DNA from: Phycisphaerae bacterium
GTDB lineage: Bacteria > Planctomycetota > Phycisphaerae > UBA1845
Direction of reading: 5' to 3'
DNA: 64,000 bases
NCBI GenBank assembly: GCA_963666835.2
Contig: CAXXGO010000006.1
Coordinates: 1,568,001-1,632,000 of the forward strand
How positions within the stretch are numbered: position 1 is the stretch's first letter; each line of letters opens with the position of its first letter. Shown here piece by piece: positions 58,842-64,000 of the stretch. The notes under the pieces are model-generated. The model did not search any database. It worked only from the letters and a program-made list of their open reading frames with translations, and had not been told where the DNA came from. The translations under genes and the position numbers were made by a program.

Positions 58842-58967
58842 GAATCCGGGGGGAGATGTGGATTGAGATAATCAGCATCGTCCTTGGGGGGTGATGCGTT
58901 CTTCGAGGTTTATCGCCGCTGCCTGCGGGTGACGGCGGATCGGCTAAACGGCCGGCGGTTGGCGTTT

Positions 58968-59588
58968 ATGACCAGGATCAACCTCATTCCGGCGCCCGTG
59001 CAGATGTCGCAGAGGCGGCGACGCCATACGGCGCGCTGGCTGGTGGCGGCGATGTTGTCGTTGAGTGCCGTTGCGGTGTCTCTAGGGTATGAGTGGCTGC
59101 GTCGGGCCGAGGCCGGCGAACTCCACGCCCGCAGTCAGCAGCTCCAGTTGGGTCTCCGGCAGGCCCGGGCAAAACTGGAAGCGACGACCACCGAGGTCCA
59201 GCAAACCCGAATTCGCATCGATCGCGCTAACGCGTTGCGTTCCAAGCGGGCTTGGTCGGGGTTGATTACGCTCATCGGGGAGAATCTGCCCGATACCTGT
59301 TGGCTGACCTCCATTGCCACTGACCCTACCGCTCCGACGAGGCAGGTTCGCCGAACTCCGGCTCGTCCCGGGGCGGCGGACGCGGAGGAAGCGCCCCGGG
59401 CGATAACTATCGACGCGCCGCGGAAGTTGAAGCTGGCGGGCTTTGCCACCGAAGCCGCCGAGCCTCACGCCCTGGTTGCCGCTCTCAAGGAGACGGGGGC
59501 GTTCACCCGCGTTGCGGTTCTGGAGTCTCAACGACAGCCCGTTCACGGCGGGATGTATTATAGGTTCGAGTTGGTTTGCGAGTGGTAG
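58968..59588 (+). CDS. PilN-like protein
   Basis: INLIP motif, TM helix, coiled coil, and LPDTCWLTSI. Confidence 0.8.
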   Translation: MTRINLIPAPVQMSQRRRRHTARWLVAAMLSLSAVAVSLGYEWLRRAEAGELHARSQQLQLGLRQARAKLEATTTEVQQTRIRIDRANALRSKRAWSGLITLIGENLPDTCWLTSIATDPTAPTRQVRRTPARPGAADAEEAPRAITIDAPRKLKLAGFATEAAEPHALVAALKETGAFTRVAVLESQRQPVHGGMYYRFELVCEW

Positions 59589-59591
59589 CCG

Positions 59592-60179
59592 ATGTCTCAC
59601 GGTGACAGAATGTCCTTGCTGGTTGCGGATGCGGTGGGAGCCTGCATCGTCGCCGTATGCCTGACCGCCGTCGCGTGGCTGACGGTCTTTCGGACGGATC
59701 ACACCGGAGCGGAGGTTGCCCAATTGACCAGCGCGGTGCACAAGGCCAGCGTCGATCTGGCCAACGTCCGCCGGGCGCAGGAGGAGCAGGAGTCCCTATT
59801 GGCGGAGAGCCGCAAGCGGCTTGGAGATAGCGGACAGTTGCCGGATCATACCCCGATTGAGGAGTACTTTCAGGCTCTGGCGGAGCTTACCGCCCGGCAT
59901 GATCTGCGGGTGCTGCGGCAGAGCCCGATCGATCCGCGCGAGTATCCCGGGTTGCTCGAGCAGCGCTATAGTCTCGAACTGGTCGGCAGTACCCTCGATC
60001 TGGTTCGCTTCTTCCGGTCGATTGAGCATACGGAGTTCTGGGCGGATATCAGTTTCCTGGAGATTGCGAATCACACCAACGCCCCGATGCACGATCCGCG
60101 AGACCGCGTTGCCCAACTAACGGTCAGTTTGTTCTCAGCTTTGCCGGTCGCACCTTCAACACCTAGTGGGTCGGGGTGA
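59592..60179 (+). CDS. PilO/GspM-like protein
   Basis: TM helix and coiled coil, LELVGSTLDLVRFFRSIE, positioned after pilMN. Confidence 0.7.
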   Translation: MSHGDRMSLLVADAVGACIVAVCLTAVAWLTVFRTDHTGAEVAQLTSAVHKASVDLANVRRAQEEQESLLAESRKRLGDSGQLPDHTPIEEYFQALAELTARHDLRVLRQSPIDPREYPGLLEQRYSLELVGSTLDLVRFFRSIEHTEFWADISFLEIANHTNAPMHDPRDRVAQLTVSLFSALPVAPSTPSGSG

Positions 60180-60721
60180 TGGCGATGGAGAAGAAGAAAC
60201 TGTACATCGGCATCATGGTCTGTTGCGGGCTTGCCCTGCTCGTGGATCGCTGCGTGATGACCGATCCGGCAACCGGTCCGGCGGCGGCCGAGGCATTTGT
60301 GCATCCCGTTGTTGGCCCGGCGTCAGCGCCGGTTTCACTACCCATTCCGGAGCTGCCGTTCCCTCGCGGTCTGAAGTCACTGGCGCTAAACGCCGAGGTG
60401 CGTGATCTGTTCGAGCCTCCGGCGGCCGGGCCGGGCAATCCGGACGTGGCGGACTCCGATAAACGCGAGCCCGACCCGACCAGGTCCGCAAACTACCAAG
60501 GCCCGCAACACGATCTGTTCGAGGAGCAACACCATCTCAGCGGGGTGATGGTCAACGAACGTCTCAGAATAGCGATCGTAGACGGGGTCTGGCTGCAGCT
60601 CGGGCAGTCGTTGGACGACTGCAAACTTATATCGGTCGAAGAACGCGAGGTCCGATTCGAATGTAGTGACGGAATCGCGTCACTAAGAATGAGCGGAGTA
60701 ACCCTCCCTGCGAACGACTAA
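60176..60721 (+). CDS. PilP/GspC/MshK-like protein
   Basis: TM helix, RDLFEP, and LSGVMV...AIVDG...LGQ beta-domain. Confidence 0.55.
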   Translation: MMAMEKKKLYIGIMVCCGLALLVDRCVMTDPATGPAAAEAFVHPVVGPASAPVSLPIPELPFPRGLKSLALNAEVRDLFEPPAAGPGNPDVADSDKREPDPTRSANYQGPQHDLFEEQHHLSGVMVNERLRIAIVDGVWLQLGQSLDDCKLISVEEREVRFECSDGIASLRMSGVTLPAND

Positions 60722-60840
60722 AGTGCCCGGAACCGCGCGTCGATATGACACGCACGGTCGGGAAGTGGGCTCTACCGGGTACTTCATCCGGCTGTGAGGT
60801 AGGGCTCGTAAGTCAAACCCAAAGGGGCGAGTAAACAAGC

Positions 60841-61329
60841 ATGAAAACAAGAACCAGAACCCGCGGCTTCAGTTTGGTAGAGTTGGTTATCGTGGTCGTG
60901 ATCATCGGCGTGATTGCCGCGATTGCCGTTCCGCGAATAAGTCGCGGGGCCCGCGGCGCCGGGGATGCTGCCTTGCGCGCAACCCTAGCCGGGATCCGGA
61001 ATGCCATCGACATGTACGCCGCCGAGCACGGCGGGGCTTTCCCCGATGGCGCTGACCAGGACGCGATCGAGGCGAAGCTCATCAACAAGACGGACTTCGA
61101 TGGTACCGTCAACGCGTCCGGGGATTTCGGACCGTATTTGCGCAAAGGGTTCCCGGCGATCTCCGTCGGGGCCAACAAGGGAGGGTCCGATCTTCTGATT
61201 GAGACCTCCGGCGACCCCACCCCGGATGCTTCCACGGCGTGGGCCTACAGTACGGATACCGGGGCCTTCATCGCCAACACGGCCGACACGGAGTTGGACG
61301 AGAACGGAGACAAGTATAACGAGTACTGA
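60841..61329 (+). CDS. Type IV pilin/GspG-like pseudopilin
   Basis: RG|FSLVELVIVVVIIGVIAAIAVP class III signal and GPYL motif. Confidence 0.93.
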   Translation: MKTRTRTRGFSLVELVIVVVIIGVIAAIAVPRISRGARGAGDAALRATLAGIRNAIDMYAAEHGGAFPDGADQDAIEAKLINKTDFDGTVNASGDFGPYLRKGFPAISVGANKGGSDLLIETSGDPTPDASTAWAYSTDTGAFIANTADTELDENGDKYNEY

Positions 61330-61476
61330 TGCTCGGGATGCCCGGTGGCTGACACCGGTTGACTTGTGGGACGCATTGGTGCCCCCCGAGTTAACGACCG
61401 AGAACGCAGCCTGCGTAACCTGACCGAAACACGCAGTGCTTCAGGAGCCGATAAGGCCCTTGCGGCGCGGCGAATG

Positions 61477-61524
61477 AACCGACCTTGCAGAGACGGTTTC
61501 CGTCCCCGCAGGGTCGGTTTTTTT
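61477..61524 (+). terminator. Intrinsic terminator after the first pilin
   Basis: AACCGACCTTGC...GCAGGGTCGGTT followed by a T-run. Confidence 0.75.
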
Positions 61525-61590
61525 GCGCCTTGCTCACCGTATTGTAAGTTTCTTCGTTGGGGTACGAGAGAGTCCTCGGGAGCGGTTATA

Positions 61591-62154
61591 GTGCGCCAAC
61601 CTCGGCGGGAATGTAGAACCGGGCACGCGTTCAGCCTGGTGGAACTGGTCATCGTTGTGGTTATTATCGGCGTTATCGCGTCGATTGCGGTACCGCGGAT
61701 GAGCAGCGCTGCGGCCAACGCCGAGGCGAACGCCCTCGAGGCGACGTTGGCCGGGGTCCGCAAGGCGATTGACCTGTATTACGCGGAGCACGGCAAGTAC
61801 CCGGGCTATGCCCCGGCTACCGGCTTGCGGAATGACGAGAACTTCGTCAAGCAACTTCTGATGTACACGGATGAGTCCGGGAATATGAATGCCGCGCCTT
61901 CTACGACGTTTCGGTTCGGACCGTACCTGCGTAAGCCGTTTCCCAAAAACCCTACCAACGGGCTGAGCACGGTGTTTGTCAAGGCGGCTCCGGGAGAGGC
62001 CACTCCCGCGGCGGACACCTGTGGGTGGGTTGCGGTGCTTTCGCACGGCTACTTCGGTATCAATGCGACCGCGACGGAACTGAAGAAGATCGGCGTCGTG
62101 GAAGCGACCGCCGTTTCTGCGATGCGGGGCGCCGCGGTTGAACTCGGGCCGTAG
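61591..62154 (+). CDS. Second type IV pilin/pseudopilin
   Basis: HA|FSLVELVIVVVIIGVIASIAVP and FGPYLRKPFPKNP. Confidence 0.9.
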   Translation: MRQPRRECRTGHAFSLVELVIVVVIIGVIASIAVPRMSSAAANAEANALEATLAGVRKAIDLYYAEHGKYPGYAPATGLRNDENFVKQLLMYTDESGNMNAAPSTTFRFGPYLRKPFPKNPTNGLSTVFVKAAPGEATPAADTCGWVAVLSHGYFGINATATELKKIGVVEATAVSAMRGAAVELGP

Positions 62155-62242
62155 TAGGACAAGGGCTTTCGGCCCGGACTCTTAAGAGCGGATTGTCTGC
62201 CATGTTCCTGGTGCCGTTTCCAGAAAGGTCGTTCAAGATCGT

Positions 62243-62330
62243 TCCCCCTTGGCAAGGGGGGATAAAGGGGGGTTCATTCCTACGGAGAAGAACCTCCCCC
62301 AGCCCCTCCTTAGTAAGGAGGGGAGGAGGG
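62243..62330. repeat. Palindromic CCCCCTT-n3-AAGGGGG / CCCCTCCTT-n3-AAGGAGGGG repeat element
   Basis: Intergenic. Same motif family as the repeats at 38843-38940. Confidence 0.75.
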
Positions 62331-62402
62331 AATCCGACTGCCTTGTTGAAAACGGCACTATTGGGACCAGCGCTGCCGGAACCGGCGTCGAATCGGGCGA
62401 GG

Positions 62403-62966
62403 ATGGGCGTCTCGGTTGTACAGGCGGATGGCCGCCGAAGGCGCGGGGGGTTCAGCCTTGCCGAGCTGTTGGTTGTGCTGACCATCATCGGAGTGATGGC
62501 GACGATCGCCGTACCGCGTTACGCCAACTTCACCGCTCGGCGGCGCGTGGATGCCGCGGCCGCTCGGCTTGTTGCCGATCTGGCTCTGGCCCGGGAACAC
62601 GCTTGCGCGACAAGTGTCGCCCAGAGCGTGATATTCAACGAAGGGCGAAACCAATACGCCCTGCCCGGGGTGCCGGGGCTCAACGGCACTTCCGAAAACT
62701 ATATGGTCGACTTGGCGGCGGAACCCTACGGGGCAGACATCGCTGAGGTGAGTGCCGGCACGAAGTCCGACGTGGAGTTCGACACTTATGGTACTCCGAG
62801 TGTCGAAGCGAAGATCGCGTTGGTCATAGGGAGATTTGGGAAACTCGTGTCCCTCGATCCGGTTACGGGCAAAGCCACTCTCACGGACTACGACGCGTCC
62901 CAGGGAACCCTCATCGGTGATGTGCAGGCCAAGGCGGCCGTCAAAACTCCTGTCACTCTACCGTAG
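62403..62966 (+). CDS. GspH/FimT-like minor pilin
   Basis: GG|FSLAELLVVLTIIG, LVADLALAREHA and VEFDTYG. Confidence 0.88.
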   Translation: MGVSVVQADGRRRRGGFSLAELLVVLTIIGVMATIAVPRYANFTARRRVDAAAARLVADLALAREHACATSVAQSVIFNEGRNQYALPGVPGLNGTSENYMVDLAAEPYGADIAEVSAGTKSDVEFDTYGTPSVEAKIALVIGRFGKLVSLDPVTGKATLTDYDASQGTLIGDVQAKAAVKTPVTLP

Positions 62967-63063
62967 CCGGCGCCCATCCGGGGGGGCGTCCTATTGAAGC
63001 GTACACATCGTTCGACCTGCCGGGGATCATCCGCTACACTGCGTGCCGGACCCGGGGGAGCCG

Positions 63064-64000
63064 ATGAGCAATCTTGATCTGGACATGTTCCACGAAACGA
63101 GCGGGAAGCTGGACTTTCGGGGCTCCCTGAATGCCCTGCTGGGCGAATTCCGCCGCGGGAACATTGCGGATCGCAGTCGAGTCAAGGAAGCGGCCGTTAT
63201 TCAGACTCATCTCGCGCAACACCGGGAGGCTTGGGATCGCGTATTCCCGGAGTTTCCCGAGGCTCCGTGGAAACGCCGCACCCTCACCGCGGAGTGCCAC
63301 CGGGGACGCCGCGATGCTTATCTTAGGCAACTGATTGTCGACTGCGTTACCCAGGAGAAGGCGGGGGATCATCTTATCGTTAATCCCGCGACCGTGGCCG
63401 GTGTGCACGCCGGATGGCTGGCACGTGTTCTGCCCGCCTTCGAGGTCGTCGGCACCGACATTGACTCTCGATGGAGTTGGCTCTATCGGCTGTTGTTCTG
63501 GAAGCATCGCCGCCTGAAGAACTACCGGTTTGTGCGTGAGAGCGTCTTCGAGCCTGATCCGACTCGACGTCCCGTTGCGGTGACGTTCTTCGGAGCTTGC
63601 GGTTCCGTGACGGACGGCGGAATGGACTATGCGATTGCCGTGGCTTCACCGTTTCTAATCTGCAGATCCTGCTGCCACGAGAACATCGGGGGTAACACGA
63701 CGATCGTGAGACGCCGCGGTCGCCCGGTCAACGAGTTTTTCGCTTGGAAGAACTACTGGTTCGCAAGATACCGAAGGAAAAGGACGGGCTTCTACTTCTC
63801 GGACCGTTATACGGCGGACGCCTACCCGCGGAGCCGGGCGGCCCGCGAGATCGTGGACTCCGATACCATGATCGCCGTCGCCCGGAACACCCCGGACAGC
63901 GACGTCTGCCGGAGCATAATCGACCTCGATCGGTGCCTGTTCCTTCGGGAGAACGGTTACGACGTCATGTATCGCGAGGAGCTTTTCTTCGCCCACCGTC
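63064..64000 (+). CDS. Putative SAM-dependent methyltransferase-like protein; open off the right edge
   Basis: Manual translation from the ATG at 63064 (RBS GGGGAG) is stop-free to the window end. Motifs VVGTDID, GACGSVTD, RSCCH and IDLDRCLFLRENGY. Confidence 0.65.
   Translation, partial: MSNLDLDMFHETSGKLDFRGSLNALLGEFRRGNIADRSRVKEAAVIQTHLAQHREAWDRVFPEFPEAPWKRRTLTAECHRGRRDAYLRQLIVDCVTQEKAGDHLIVNPATVAGVHAGWLARVLPAFEVVGTDIDSRWSWLYRLLFWKHRRLKNYRFVRESVFEPDPTRRPVAVTFFGACGSVTDGGMDYAIAVASPFLICRSCCHENIGGNTTIVRRRGRPVNEFFAWKNYWFARYRRKRTGFYFSDRYTADAYPRSRAAREIVDSDTMIAVARNTPDSDVCRSIIDLDRCLFLRENGYDVMYREELFFAHR

Overview
High-GC bacterial window. Gene content suggests Planctomycetota, probably Phycisphaerae; this is inference. 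Bases 1 to about 9.4 kb are an accessory island. It opens with the 5' part of an IS110-family transposase that the ORF track misses because it runs off the left edge. Next comes a compact Mu-like phage-derived element built around a bidirectional sigma70 promoter. Leftward it encodes a frameshifted tape-measure-like gene, two unknown genes and a Mu gpI protease/scaffold. Rightward it encodes a small putative regulator, a Mu gpT major capsid gene, two tandem RxxxxH (HEPN-like) genes (the first bracketed by a 19-bp direct repeat), a small repeat protein and a repeat-rich non-coding end. No portal, terminase or tail gene is visible. The rest is host chromosome: fbaB, two bactofilins, PhzF-like and DAG-kinase genes, a ferredoxin-fused Rieske/cytochrome b operon followed by two unannotated 26-27 aa membrane peptides, tRNA-Tyr, metF, large secreted proteins (S8, IPTL-CTERM, C25), polysaccharide genes, an FHA/Ser-Thr kinase/ECF sigma module, rsmG, and a long operon coupling c-di-GMP signalling genes to an MshEN-type T4P/T2SS. 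All calls come from reading motifs by eye; no database searches were run.
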